DNA from: Candidatus Hodarchaeota archaeon
GTDB lineage: Archaea > Asgardarchaeota > Lokiarchaeia > Sigyniarchaeales > SOKP01
DNA: 49,964 nucleotides
Assembly (NCBI GenBank): GCA_048887225.1
Contig: JBHLJY010000016.1
Span: 1-49,964, forward strand
Reading direction: 5' to 3'
The notes under the pieces were generated by a model. That model was not told the origin of the DNA. It ran no database searches and saw only the letters and a program-made list of their open reading frames with translations. Positions 1 through 10,227 of this stretch are shown here, piece by piece. A program made the translations under genes and the position numbers. Within the stretch, counting starts at the first letter, position 1. Every line of letters starts with the position of its first letter.

Positions 1-999
1 GACAATGGGGAATTAATTCAAAGAGGATGGTCTCGAAAACCAATTCTAAATTACAATCGGGAAAAAATTAAAGCTGGACCACTTAGAATTAAAGAATGGG
101 ATTATTACGCAATTTTAAATCATGATGGTCATTATGGGATAACTATTACAGTTGCTGATTTAGGTTTTGCTGGTTTAATAGCTGTTGTATGGTTAGACTT
201 TAAAGAAAAAACATTCATATCCGACGATGTAATGGCATTGTTTACTAAAGGCAAGTTCAATTTGCCTAGGACCTCTGAGACGGGAGATATCGTTCTAAAT
301 ATAAAAGGGGTTACTCTTAATATTAAGAGGAAAAGTGATAAACGCCAACTGAATTTATATTTTCCACGTTTTAATAAAGGAGAAGGGATAAAGGCAGAAC
401 TAACTCTAAATCAAGATTCTAAAATGGATACTATGGTTATTGCGACACCTTGGAAAGAAAATCCAACTAGGTTTTATTACAATCAAAAAATCAATTGCAT
501 GCCGGCAAATGGAATCGTTCAGAAAGGTAAAAAAATTTACTACTTTAAGGGAAATAGCGATAAAAGCTATGGAGTGCTTGATTGGGGGAGAGGTGTGTGG
601 CCTCGCAAAAATAGATGGTATTGGGGTTCAGCATCAGGGAAATTAGATAATGGAATGCTTATTGGATGGAATATCGGGTATGGATTTAGTGATAGATCTT
701 ACGCCAGCGAAAATTTAATTTTTTATAATGGGATAGGACATAAACTCAACCAAGTCTTATTCCATTTTGACAAAAAGAATTATATGAACCCTTGGAGATT
801 TACTAGTAATGATGGGCGATTCGAGATGATAATGCAACCTATTGTAGATAGAAATTCAAAAGTAAATTTGTTATTAATAAAAAGTTTACAGCATCAAATC
901 TTTGGTTATTTTACTGGTTATCTCACGCTGGATGATGGAACTAAAATAAAAATAAATAATTTGTTGGGTTTTGCTGAGGAAGTTTATAATAAATGGTAA
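1..999 (+). CDS. DUF2804-family protein (5' partial)
   Basis: Frame is open from base 1 (DNGELIQRGWSRKP...RIKEWDYY) into the called ORF at 232. KEWDYY, LDWGRGVWP and WYW motifs are typical of DUF2804. Confidence 0.8.
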   Translation, partial: DNGELIQRGWSRKPILNYNREKIKAGPLRIKEWDYYAILNHDGHYGITITVADLGFAGLIAVVWLDFKEKTFISDDVMALFTKGKFNLPRTSETGDIVLNIKGVTLNIKRKSDKRQLNLYFPRFNKGEGIKAELTLNQDSKMDTMVIATPWKENPTRFYYNQKINCMPANGIVQKGKKIYYFKGNSDKSYGVLDWGRGVWPRKNRWYWGSASGKLDNGMLIGWNIGYGFSDRSYASENLIFYNGIGHKLNQVLFHFDKKNYMNPWRFTSNDGRFEMIMQPIVDRNSKVNLLLIKSLQHQIFGYFTGYLTLDDGTKIKINNLLGFAEEVYNKW

Positions 1000-1018
1000 T
1001 GCGATAAATTAAAAAGGA

Positions 1019-1126
1019 TTAATCAACCATACTGAAAGTGTAGTCGTTCGCTCCACAATCAGGGCATTTTTCAGGAATATCATCTAAATCAAATACAGCT
1101 CCGCATTTATCACACTTCCAATGCAA
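1019..1126 (-). CDS. 35-aa rubredoxin-like CPxCG zinc-finger microprotein
   Basis: Manual translation from TTG: MHWKCDKCGAVFDLDDIPEKCPDCGANDYTFSMVD*. Two CxxCG knuckles; purine-rich AAGGGA upstream. Confidence 0.75.
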   Translation of the reverse strand: MHWKCDKCGAVFDLDDIPEKCPDCGANDYTFSMVD

Positions 1127-1216
1127 ATGAATATCCCTTTTTAAATAGATAGTACCAATTATTGATTATAAACATAAAATAGATTTTTAATTAAAATTTT
1201 TTGCATAATGAAAAAA

Positions 1217-1759
1217 TTAGGATAAAATTGAAATAATTTCTTCAAATATTTCATCAAAATTCTTGCGTGTTAAATTGAATAGCATCAAATTGGGTAGATT
1301 TAATATAAAATCTTTGATTGGATGGGTTAATTTTAATCCTATAGTAGCTATAATTGAAATATTTGAACTAAATAAGTATTTTAGCCATTCTTGAAATTTA
1401 ACACTAAAAAGCTCCATTTTACCGATCTCATCTATACATATTAAATCAACTTTTAGATTGTTGATATTTGCTAATTTTGAGATGATATTTTCAAATTCCT
1501 CAATGAATACTTTATATTTACCAAGTTTAAACTTAGTGGGATAATTCCCAACTCTTGCTAATCTCGCTTTTTCCCCAGAAAAGATATCCTCTACGTCAAA
1601 TCCCATCCGAGTAGCATCTTTTTTTACTTCTGGAGTTAAAAAACCATGAATGATAAAATTTCTCTTACAATAATAATCAATTAATTTTGAAATTAAAGTT
1701 GATTTTCCACATCGAGGAGGTCCTGTTATAAGAATTTTTGATTTCATTATGAATAACAA
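1217..1759 (-). CDS. THEP1-type nucleoside triphosphatase (NTPase_1)
   Basis: ITGPPRCGKST P-loop, GFLTPEV, IDEIGKMEL. Confidence 0.9.
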   Translation of the reverse strand: MLFIMKSKILITGPPRCGKSTLISKLIDYYCKRNFIIHGFLTPEVKKDATRMGFDVEDIFSGEKARLARVGNYPTKFKLGKYKVFIEEFENIISKLANINNLKVDLICIDEIGKMELFSVKFQEWLKYLFSSNISIIATIGLKLTHPIKDFILNLPNLMLFNLTRKNFDEIFEEIISILS

Positions 1760-1851
1760 TTTAAATTTTTAAATCAACTTTTTTTCTAATAAAGAATTTA
1801 TAAAATCATTAATTTAATTCTTTTACATCAAATAATAGGAATTGAAAAAAA

Positions 1852-2799
1852 ATGAAGAGTTCAACATTCACTTATACAGATCAAGACGGAATCGAAGTTT
1901 TCGTCTATAAATGGGAACCAGATACCACTCCTAAAGCTGCTGTACAATTCAGTCATGGATTAGCAGAGCATGCAAAGAGATATGAACGAGTAGCTGAGAC
2001 ATTATGTAAGGAAGGCTATATTTGTTATGGAAATGACCATCATGGTCATGGAAGAACTGCTGGTGACGGAACCGAAACAACTTTAGAGGGAAATGCTGGA
2101 GTTTTTGGCCCTAATGGATGGAGAGGGATTGTTAATTCTATGCATGAATTAACAAAGATTATCAAGAAAGAAAATTCTAATATTCCTCTTTTTGTAATAG
2201 GACATTCTTGGGGTTCTTGGTTAGCCCAAGATTTTATGCAAGAATGGGGGGATGAATTAAATGGTGTCATATTAAGTGGTACAATGGGGAAAATACGAAA
2301 GTTAGTAATAAAAGCAGGAAAATTACTTATAAAGCACGAGATGAAAAAAGCGGATCTCAATACTCCTAGTGAGAAGTTGCATAAAATGAATGTTACTACC
2401 AATAATCATGATTGGGATAATGAAGAAGGAGCAACTGGATTTGAATGGCTCAGTAGAGATAAAGCAGAGGTTCAGAAATACATTGATGATCCTTGGTGTG
2501 GGTTTATTAGCCCCGCAAGGGTATGGCTAGAGTTTTTATATGGATTCGAAAAAATTTGGAGTAAAGAAAATGAAGTAAAAATTCCAAAGGATTTGCCTAT
2601 CTTTATCATTTCTGGAACATTAGATCCAATAAGTAATAAGACAAAAACAATTATGCCACTTTTAAAACGATATGAAGAATATGGTATTAAGGATGTTTCG
2701 TATAAATTCTATAAAGATGCCCGCCATGAAATCTTTAATGAGATTAACCGTGATGAAGTTTTTAGCGATGTTATCAAGTGGCTTGACTCTCATCTATAA
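1852..2799 (+). CDS. Alpha/beta hydrolase (lysophospholipase/monoglyceride lipase-like)
   Basis: HGLAEH, DHHGHG, GHSWG nucleophile elbow, [13 protein letters not shown]. Confidence 0.9.
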   Translation: MKSSTFTYTDQDGIEVFVYKWEPDTTPKAAVQFSHGLAEHAKRYERVAETLCKEGYICYGNDHHGHGRTAGDGTETTLEGNAGVFGPNGWRGIVNSMHELTKIIKKENSNIPLFVIGHSWGSWLAQDFMQEWGDELNGVILSGTMGKIRKLVIKAGKLLIKHEMKKADLNTPSEKLHKMNVTTNNHDWDNEEGATGFEWLSRDKAEVQKYIDDPWCGFISPARVWLEFLYGFEKIWSKENEVKIPKDLPIFIISGTLDPISNKTKTIMPLLKRYEEYGIKDVSYKFYKDARHEIFNEINRDEVFSDVIKWLDSHL

Positions 2800-3920
2800 T
2801 ATAAATCTCTAAACTTTTCTAATAATTTTTTTTGTTCATCTGTGATTTTTTTGGGAATTTCTATATTTACAACAACATATTGGTCCCCTTTACCTTTGCC
2901 TCGTAGGTAGGTCGCTCCTCTATTTTTTATTCTAAACTCAGTTCCATGCTGTGTACCAGCAGGTATTGGTAGTTCTTTTTCGGTTATTTTCTTTTCCTTA
3001 TAATCTAGAGTCGGTACTTTTATTTTTCCTCCTAATATTGCTGTAATTATATCAATATCTGCCTTTGTATAAAGGTCATTTCCTTTTCTAATAAAATTAT
3101 TATTTCCAATAATTTTAATTCCCAAATAAAGATCTCCAGGAATAGCATTAGTTGAAGGTATGTGTCCTGCTCCTTGAACTTTTAGATGTATACCATTTTC
3201 AACTCCAGGAGGAATATTCACATGAATCTTTTTATTTTCGGGAATAGCTTTTTTACCGTTACATGTTTTACATTTTTTAGCAATAACTTTTCCTGTCCCA
3301 TAGCAATTATAACATTCTGTTTCTCGAATTATTGTTCCAAAACCAGAGCGAGTCATTTTTCGCATTCTTCCTGTACCTTGACATTCAGGACAATTTTTAA
3401 TACTTGAGGGATCTTCAGCGCCGGTACCTTCGCAATCAGAACAAGGGATATATCTCTCTCTATAGATATCTTTCTTTATACCGAACATTGCCTCATTGAA
3501 ATTAATTTCAATTCTATCTTCAATATCTTGACCGACTTCCCTTCGTGGTGACGTGCGTCTGGCTCTGCTACTCGTAAATCCACCAAAAAAATCATCAAAG
3601 CCCCCAAAACCACTACCACCAAAAATTGATTTAAATAATTCGTCTATTCCAGGGATACCACCACTGAAAAAATCACTCATATCAATATGTACGCCGCTAA
3701 ATCCAAAACGATCATAATTGCTTCTTTTCTCAGGATCGCTTAAAACTTCATAAGCCTCTTGGAGTTCAATAAATTTTTCTTTTGCTTTAGGATCAGTTTT
3801 ATTTACATCTGGATGAAATTTTCTGGCTAATCGACGATAAGCTAATTTAATATCGTTTTCAGTAGCGTCTTTACTAACCCCTAATACTTCGTAATAGTCT
3901 CGTTTATTCTTAGAACTCAT
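2790..3920 (-). CDS. dnaJ: Chaperone DnaJ
   Basis: J-domain with HPD, G/F-rich linker, four CxxCxGxG-type repeats. ATG at 3920 preferred over TTG at 3926. Confidence 0.97.
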   Translation of the reverse strand: MSSKNKRDYYEVLGVSKDATENDIKLAYRRLARKFHPDVNKTDPKAKEKFIELQEAYEVLSDPEKRSNYDRFGFSGVHIDMSDFFSGGIPGIDELFKSIFGGSGFGGFDDFFGGFTSSRARRTSPRREVGQDIEDRIEINFNEAMFGIKKDIYRERYIPCSDCEGTGAEDPSSIKNCPECQGTGRMRKMTRSGFGTIIRETECYNCYGTGKVIAKKCKTCNGKKAIPENKKIHVNIPPGVENGIHLKVQGAGHIPSTNAIPGDLYLGIKIIGNNNFIRKGNDLYTKADIDIITAILGGKIKVPTLDYKEKKITEKELPIPAGTQHGTEFRIKNRGATYLRGKGKGDQYVVVNIEIPKKITDEQKKLLEKFRDLYYR

Positions 3921-4275
3921 TACCAATTAATCCCTTGTTTCAATAAAAAAAAATGTTAATCTAACTATTAAAATTTATATAGGAAATGTCAGAATATTCT
4001 GAACTATTTATATAACGTGATCAATCTTTTTTTGATTTAATAAATATATCTTTCTCTTTAATTTTTTGGTTTAGTATATTTTAATAAATAGTAGTTGGTA
4101 AAATAGCTTCTTTTATAGAAGCAATATTTTCCAGGAGTTTTTTTTTGTTTTTCTATTAACTTTTTGTCTTTCTTTAATGTATAAAATTCTTGATTACATT
4201 GTTGATAAAACACAGGGAGAAAAATTTAGTGGAATTTATTAATACTCGAGGAGCTTTTATACCTCTATTCATCAC

Positions 4276-4644
4276 CTATATTTTACCGTGTTTTTTTCTA
4301 TTACACTCCTGACATAATAATTGGATATTATTTACTGAACTTGAACCCCCTTTAATGAAAGGGATAATATGGTCGAATTCTAAGTTAGTTTGGCTTCCAC
4401 ATTTTACACATTGACCTCTATCTCTATTCCAAACTTCTGTTCTCACTTTATTACTAATATATCTTGAGTGCTTCTTCTGTTTTTCCTTTTCTACCCATTC
4501 CCTCCCAAAATGTTTTTCCGCCCATTCTCTTTGAGTCCCCCAATTCCAATAATCTGGTTTAAATTTTAGTTTTGATTTTGGTTTGGATTCTGGTTGTATA
4601 TATTTTTTATTATATTTCACTTTCAAATAATCGTCTATTCTCAT
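4276..4644 (-). CDS. HNH endonuclease
   Basis: VWNRDRGQCVKCG...LEFDHIIPFIKGG...NIQLLCQECNRKK. Confidence 0.9.
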   Translation of the reverse strand: MRIDDYLKVKYNKKYIQPESKPKSKLKFKPDYWNWGTQREWAEKHFGREWVEKEKQKKHSRYISNKVRTEVWNRDRGQCVKCGSQTNLEFDHIIPFIKGGSSSVNNIQLLCQECNRKKHGKI

Positions 4645-4954
4645 ATTACAAATCTAAATTTTGGTCTTTTTAAATGGAGGGAGTCATAATGAAAAAATGA
4701 AAAATTGAAATTTTTTTTTATATTATTGATGAAAAATAGTCAATCTCTTAGTTTTTAATAAGGAATGAGTTTTTATAATTATCAAGGATTAAAAAAAATC
4801 CAAGGGAAGAGGGTAAAAAATGAAAGAGGAAAAAACTGAAAATCAAAAGATAATAGATCGTCTCGATATAATTCATAATATATAATGAGATCAATTTTAA
4901 ATCTTTCATTTGAAATTTGAATTTTGTCGATATGTAAAATCAAAAAAAGAATAA

Positions 4955-5185
4955 TTAATCTTCTTTTTCTTCAAGTTTTTTTATTAAATCTACTATCTCT
5001 TTATCTTGTCGATCTGCCATTTTTATTAAGAGAGCTTTTATCAGATTAAATTCTGATTTTAACTTATCAATTTCTTTAGATAGATGATTTGTTTTAACTG
5101 AACCATTACTAATTAAAGTTAAAGGTTCTATATTTTCGAAATATTCCTCTGCAAAAGCATCTTCATTATCGAATAAATATAAGAA
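4955..5185 (-). pseudogene. Start-less 76-codon ORF remnant, possibly the C-terminus of an integrase-like protein
   Basis: Open frame FLYLFDNEDAFAEEYFENIEPLTLISNG...KLEEKED* with a coiled-coil-like end. Preceded by an in-frame stop, with no start codon near its 5' end. Confidence 0.3.
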
Positions 5186-5204
5186 TTAAAAAAATTTTGA
5201 AGAT

Positions 5205-7226
5205 CTAATCTTCTTCTTCATCCCAATCTACATCTACTACCTTTTTCTTTTCATCCTTTTCTTCGGCGGCTTCTTTTTTATATGAAGCACCACCAGCACC
5301 CGTTTCACCCATACCACTTGGAGGGATTCCTCCCATTCCTCCTGGAGGAACACCTCCCATACCACTAGCAGCACGTTGAGCTTGTTCAGCGGCTTGTTGA
5401 TAAACTTGGTCTTGAGCTTGAGTCTGGTAAATCCTCTGGGAAAAGCTGTACATTGATTTTTGTAGATTTTCTATTCCTAATTTGATTCTTTGGACATCTT
5501 CAGTTTTAATGTCTTCTTCTAACGATGTTATTGCGGTTTCAATTTCTTGCTTCTCATTTTCTTGAATTTTATCCTTATTTTCTTCCATTAGTTTTCGGAC
5601 TTGATAAATCATCGATTCTGCTTGATTTTTAGCTTCAACTTTTTCTCTTATCTTTTTATCTTCTTCTTCATATATTTCACCATCTCTAATTTTTTGTTGA
5701 ATCTCCTCTTCCGATAATCCTTTTGATCCCGTAACTGTGATACCTGTTTCTTTACCTGTACCTAAATCTTTTGCTGTAACATGTACGATTCCATCTGCGT
5801 CAATTGAAAATTTCACTTCAATTTGAGGCATCCCTCTTGGAGCAGGAGGAATACCTGTGAGATGAAACATACCCAACGAGATGTTATCTTTTGCCATAGC
5901 TCTTTCGCCTTGTAGAACATTGATAGTTACAGCAGGTTGATTATCAGCAGCTGTACTAAATATTTGTGATTTTTCTGTAGGTATTGTGGTATTTCTTTCA
6001 ATTAATTTGGTAAAAACGCCACCTAATGTTTCTACACCTAAAGATAATGGGGTAACATCCAACAGTAATAAATCCTCAACATCTCCAGCGATAACACCTC
6101 CTTGAATTGCAGCACCCATAGCTACACATTCCATAGGATCAACCGAAAGCTCTGGTTCTCTTGCAAAAAATTTTTTAAATCGCTCTTGAACGGATGGCAT
6201 TCTTGTCGGACCACCAACAAGAATGATTTTATCAATCTCTCTTACAGATAATTTTGCATCAGAAACGGCTCTTTGCATAATTGGATCTAATCTCCTTAAG
6301 GTAGGTTCAATTAATTGTTCTAATTTTGCTCTTGTAATTTCCATTTCTAAATGAACGGGATTTCCTTCCTTTTGGCTTAGATAAGGAAGATTAATTTGAG
6401 TTGATAAAGTAGTGGATAATTCAATTTTAGCTTTTTCGGCGCCGTCTTTAATTCTAATCATTGCCTTGGAATCACCTTTTAAATCTATTCCCTCCTTTTT
6501 TTTGAATTCTTCGCAAACCCATTCTATAATGGCATTATCCATATCAGTACCGCCCAGTTGTGTATCACCTGCCGTAGACATAACTTCTACAACGCCCTCA
6601 CCGTATTCCATAAGTGTTATATCAAAGGTTCCACCTCCCAAATCCAAAACACAGATTTTCATTAGTCTATCTCTAGTGTCTTTATCTAAACCATAAGCTA
6701 AACATGCTGCTGTAGGTTCATTAATCATTCGAACAACTTCGAGTCCTGCTATTTCACCAGCATTTTTTGTTGCTGTACGTTGAGCATCATTAAAATACGC
6801 TGGCACGGTTATAACCGCTTTTTTAACTGGTTCTCCAAGATAAGCAGAGGCATCGTTTTTTATTTTTTTTAATATCATTGCTGATATTTCTTCTGGGGAA
6901 AACTCTTTCCAATCCTTTCCTACCTTGAGTTTAGCTTTGTATGATGTTCCCATTTTTCTTTTGATAGCAGTGACCGTTCCATCAGGATTTGAAACTGCTT
7001 GACGGCGTGCTGGTTCACCAACGATTTTTCGACCATTTTCGTCAAATGCTACATAAGAAGGGAAAGCCTTTCCACCAAGAGTTCTACCTTCCGCTGCTGG
7101 GATGATTTCAGGTTTACCAGTTCCAGATAATACTGAACATGCCGAATTAGAAGTTCCAAGGTCAATTCCAATGATTTTTTCTTTTCTTTTTGGTTTTTCA
7201 TCATCAGCTTTTTTCTCTTCGCTCAT
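5205..7226 (-). CDS. dnaK: Chaperone DnaK (Hsp70)
   Basis: [37 protein letters not shown]. Confidence 0.98.
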   Translation of the reverse strand: MSEEKKADDEKPKRKEKIIGIDLGTSNSACSVLSGTGKPEIIPAAEGRTLGGKAFPSYVAFDENGRKIVGEPARRQAVSNPDGTVTAIKRKMGTSYKAKLKVGKDWKEFSPEEISAMILKKIKNDASAYLGEPVKKAVITVPAYFNDAQRTATKNAGEIAGLEVVRMINEPTAACLAYGLDKDTRDRLMKICVLDLGGGTFDITLMEYGEGVVEVMSTAGDTQLGGTDMDNAIIEWVCEEFKKKEGIDLKGDSKAMIRIKDGAEKAKIELSTTLSTQINLPYLSQKEGNPVHLEMEITRAKLEQLIEPTLRRLDPIMQRAVSDAKLSVREIDKIILVGGPTRMPSVQERFKKFFAREPELSVDPMECVAMGAAIQGGVIAGDVEDLLLLDVTPLSLGVETLGGVFTKLIERNTTIPTEKSQIFSTAADNQPAVTINVLQGERAMAKDNISLGMFHLTGIPPAPRGMPQIEVKFSIDADGIVHVTAKDLGTGKETGITVTGSKGLSEEEIQQKIRDGEIYEEEDKKIREKVEAKNQAESMIYQVRKLMEENKDKIQENEKQEIETAITSLEEDIKTEDVQRIKLGIENLQKSMYSFSQRIYQTQAQDQVYQQAAEQAQRAASGMGGVPPGGMGGIPPSGMGETGAGGASYKKEAAEEKDEKKKVVDVDWDEEED

Positions 7227-7422
7227 ATTAAAAAATTACACCTAATCATTGGTTATATGGTAAATATATCTAATTGTTTTTCTATTATGAATATATTATA
7301 AATTAAATAATTTTAATTTTTTTATAATGATCTATATATCATTAAATTTTTTTGTAATTATTATTTTAATAATTCATAATATTTACGGAATGATTAACAA
7401 ATAAACATTGGGTTCTAATAGT

Positions 7423-8211
7423 ATGACAAGGAAAAAGGAAAAGAAAGATACAAAGCATGAAAAACAAAAAGAAAAAATAGATCAAAAAAATGACAAAAAA
7501 AAACCAGTAAAAGAGAGCCCAGATATTAATAAAGAAAAAATTGATGCTGAACCTGATCTTCTGGAAGAGAAAGAAGGTGCAGAACAAGTTCTTTTAGAAT
7601 ATTATTCTAAAGAGGATTTAGTTAAGAAAGTTAAAGATTATGAAAAGGAACTTGAAGATAAATATGAAAAAATAAAGTTATTAGACGAGTGGAAAAATAA
7701 ATATACTCATCTTCAAGCAGAATTCGAGAATGCACAAAAAAGATGGGAAAAAAATCGACAACATTTAAGAACCCAATATATAGCTTCAGTCTTGAAAAAC
7801 TTTTTACCTTTACACGATTCTTTTAAAAAGGCAATTAATAGCGATGCGGAGAACGATACGCTTACGCAATTTTATAACCAATTTCTAAACTTATTAAAAT
7901 CACAAGGAGTTGAGCCCATTAACGTAAATATTAACGATTTGTTTGATTATAGTGTCCATGAAGCACTATCTTCAATAGAAACTGATGAGGTCCCAGAAAA
8001 TAGCATAGTAGAGATCATTCAAGACGGTTGGAAGTTTGGTAAAGATATTTTAAGGTACGCAAAGGTTATAATATCAAAAAAACCTAAACCGCCTGAAACT
8101 GAGCAAGAGGCTAAACAAGAAGAAGAGCCTACAGCAGAAGCTAGTAATAATGAGCAAGAAAAAGCGGTGACAGAGAAATCAGAAGCTGCCGAAGAAAATA
8201 AAAGCGATTAA
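7423..8211 (+). CDS. grpE: Nucleotide exchange factor GrpE
   Basis: LQAEFEN, FDYSVHEAL, IIQDGW...LRYAKV. Divergent from dnaK. Confidence 0.92.
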   Translation: MTRKKEKKDTKHEKQKEKIDQKNDKKKPVKESPDINKEKIDAEPDLLEEKEGAEQVLLEYYSKEDLVKKVKDYEKELEDKYEKIKLLDEWKNKYTHLQAEFENAQKRWEKNRQHLRTQYIASVLKNFLPLHDSFKKAINSDAENDTLTQFYNQFLNLLKSQGVEPINVNINDLFDYSVHEALSSIETDEVPENSIVEIIQDGWKFGKDILRYAKVIISKKPKPPETEQEAKQEEEPTAEASNNEQEKAVTEKSEAAEENKSD

Positions 8212-8349
8212 ATTGTAGCTTCTAAAATATTTAATATTCTAATAATAGATAAACATAAAGAATAATTATTTTAAATTCTTATAAAAATGAATAAGTGAAA
8301 AATTTCTTATAAGTGAAAATTAAGAAAAATTAAAGGAGGAGACTCAGCA

Positions 8350-8601
8350 ATATCGGATGAACCTGTCTTTCCACCCATCCCAGCCATAACAGACGAATTT
8401 AAAAGAAAAAAGAGGATTATTGAGGCAAAATATACTGTACTAAAATGTAATGGCTGTAACGCCAAATATTCTCGACCTTTTAAACCGGGAGATTTTACTT
8501 TTAAGAAGTTAACTGATGAAGAATGTGAAAAATGCCATTTAAGAAAGTTGACTATTGTAGAAATTTACTCGAAATGGTTCGATCCTAAAAAAAAGAAGTA
8601 A
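8350..8601 (+). CDS. 83-aa archaeal Zn-ribbon protein, probable ATA start
   Basis: Manual translation (I/M)SDEPVFPP...TVLKCNGCNAKYSRPFKPGDFTFKKLTDEECEKCHLRKLTIVEIYSKWFDPKKKK*. SD AAGGAGG at 8333-8339; no ATG/GTG/TTG near the 5' end of the frame. Confidence 0.7.
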   Translation: MSDEPVFPPIPAITDEFKRKKRIIEAKYTVLKCNGCNAKYSRPFKPGDFTFKKLTDEECEKCHLRKLTIVEIYSKWFDPKKKK

Positions 8602-8630
8602 TTATTTGTTTTGTACCTATTTTATTAAAA

Positions 8631-9755
8631 TTATATTCTTGATTTTTCCATTCTTGCCAATTCTGCTTTTTTATCCATTATGGTCTTGTATGTTGCAGCA
8701 GTATTTAAAGGAGGGACAATTTCTTCCTCTTTTTTTCTAAGTGTTATGGCTTCATTAGGGCATGTAGGAACACACACCCCACACCCTATACAACGATCTC
8801 GATTAACCATAGATTTATCATTAATGATCTCTATAGCCACCATGTTGCATCTGTCTTCACAAACACCACATCCAACACATAATTCATGATCAACTTCCGC
8901 GTAATAATTAGTAGCAAAAAATTGAGCTGGTTGATCTAATCTTTTCTGATTCGACAGAACTTCACAACAACACCCACAACATAAGCACATGCAAAAAGGA
9001 CGCTGAGAATTTCCTGGTTGCAGAACTAAACCTGCTTCCTCTGCTTTCCTGATGATCTCAAGAGCCTTGTCTTTAGAAATTAACCGATTTAGCCCCTTCT
9101 CACTATAAGATAGAGCTCCCAATCTAAATGAAAAACATAGCTCACGCATATCCGTTTTTTTGCATGGTTCTGCAAGGATGTCTTTACCTTGTCGACATAT
9201 ACATTCATGCACTCCTATTGGTTCACCAATATTTTCGATCATGTTAATTAAATCATCATACGTGGCAATATTTTGTTCATAATCAATACTTTGCTCTATA
9301 GGGATTGTTCGCAATTGAGGGATTTTAGTTTTATTAAATTCCTCCTGCCAAAAAGCTTCTTCTAAATATTGCTTGAAATCTATGATAAATTCTTTTGTTA
9401 GGCGATTTAACTGGTATTCAAACATGCCTATTACAAGAGGAGCATTCGCGTAAAATTTTTCCTCGCCTGTTTCACTAGCTCTTTTCCCATAGTTGATAAG
9501 ACCTTTTTGGTACATCTCATCTAATTTATTTTCCAGCCCCTTAATTGTAATGCCGCTTTTTTTTATTCTTCTATAAATCTTTTTTAGGGGATCTGGCATA
9601 TAATTCAAACTCAATGCGAGTTTTGCCTCTTCAGGAGTGAAAAGATGTTTTAATACGCGTAATTCTACACCAGATTCAGTTGCAGGAAAACCAATCGGCA
9701 TCTTATCGAGATGATTGGCTAATTCTCGATACACATTAATATCTTCTTCTTTCAT
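8631..9755 (-). CDS. 4Fe-4S dicluster protein with N-terminal HTH-like region
   Basis: CICR, CLCCGCCC, and two CxxCxxCxxxC ferredoxin motifs at the C-terminus. Confidence 0.85.
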   Translation of the reverse strand: MKEEDINVYRELANHLDKMPIGFPATESGVELRVLKHLFTPEEAKLALSLNYMPDPLKKIYRRIKKSGITIKGLENKLDEMYQKGLINYGKRASETGEEKFYANAPLVIGMFEYQLNRLTKEFIIDFKQYLEEAFWQEEFNKTKIPQLRTIPIEQSIDYEQNIATYDDLINMIENIGEPIGVHECICRQGKDILAEPCKKTDMRELCFSFRLGALSYSEKGLNRLISKDKALEIIRKAEEAGLVLQPGNSQRPFCMCLCCGCCCEVLSNQKRLDQPAQFFATNYYAEVDHELCVGCGVCEDRCNMVAIEIINDKSMVNRDRCIGCGVCVPTCPNEAITLRKKEEEIVPPLNTAATYKTIMDKKAELARMEKSRI

Positions 9756-9812
9756 TATTTTCTTATCAAAAATAAGTTATGATTAATTATAATATAATCT
9801 CCCATTTTTTCA

Positions 9813-10214
9813 TTATCTTTTCAAATTATTTTTTACAAATTCTACTATTGTTTTTAATTCAGTACCAGGCCCATAGAATCCTGTTAAACCATGCTTTTCT
9901 AAGAAAGGTTTATCCTCATCTGGAATTATCCCTCCAACTGAAACTAAAACATCATCAATGCCCTTTTCCTTTAATTTTTCCATGATTACAGGGCAAATTA
10001 CATTATGTGCACCACTTAATATACTTAATATAACTGCGTCTGGATCCTCTTGAATAACTGTATTCACAATATCATCTGGAGTTTGATGTAAACCTGTATA
10101 AAGTACTTCCATACCTGCATCCCTTAAAGCTCTTGCGATAACTTTAGCACCTCTATCATGACCATCTAAACCAGGTTTGCATACTAACACTTTAATTCGT
10201 CTAACTTCTGCCAT
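9813..10214 (-). CDS. Acyl-CoA mutase small (cobalamin-binding) subunit
   Basis: KPGLDGHDRG (DxHxxG), SILSGAH, GGIIP. Confidence 0.95.
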   Translation of the reverse strand: MAEVRRIKVLVCKPGLDGHDRGAKVIARALRDAGMEVLYTGLHQTPDDIVNTVIQEDPDAVILSILSGAHNVICPVIMEKLKEKGIDDVLVSVGGIIPDEDKPFLEKHGLTGFYGPGTELKTIVEFVKNNLKR

Positions 10215-10227
10215 TATAACAGCCTCC

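Noticed and set aside
4015-4200. Possible frameshifted ORF fragment between the HNH gene and dnaJ
   Set aside because: Short, A-rich on the minus strand, with no start or recognisable homology.
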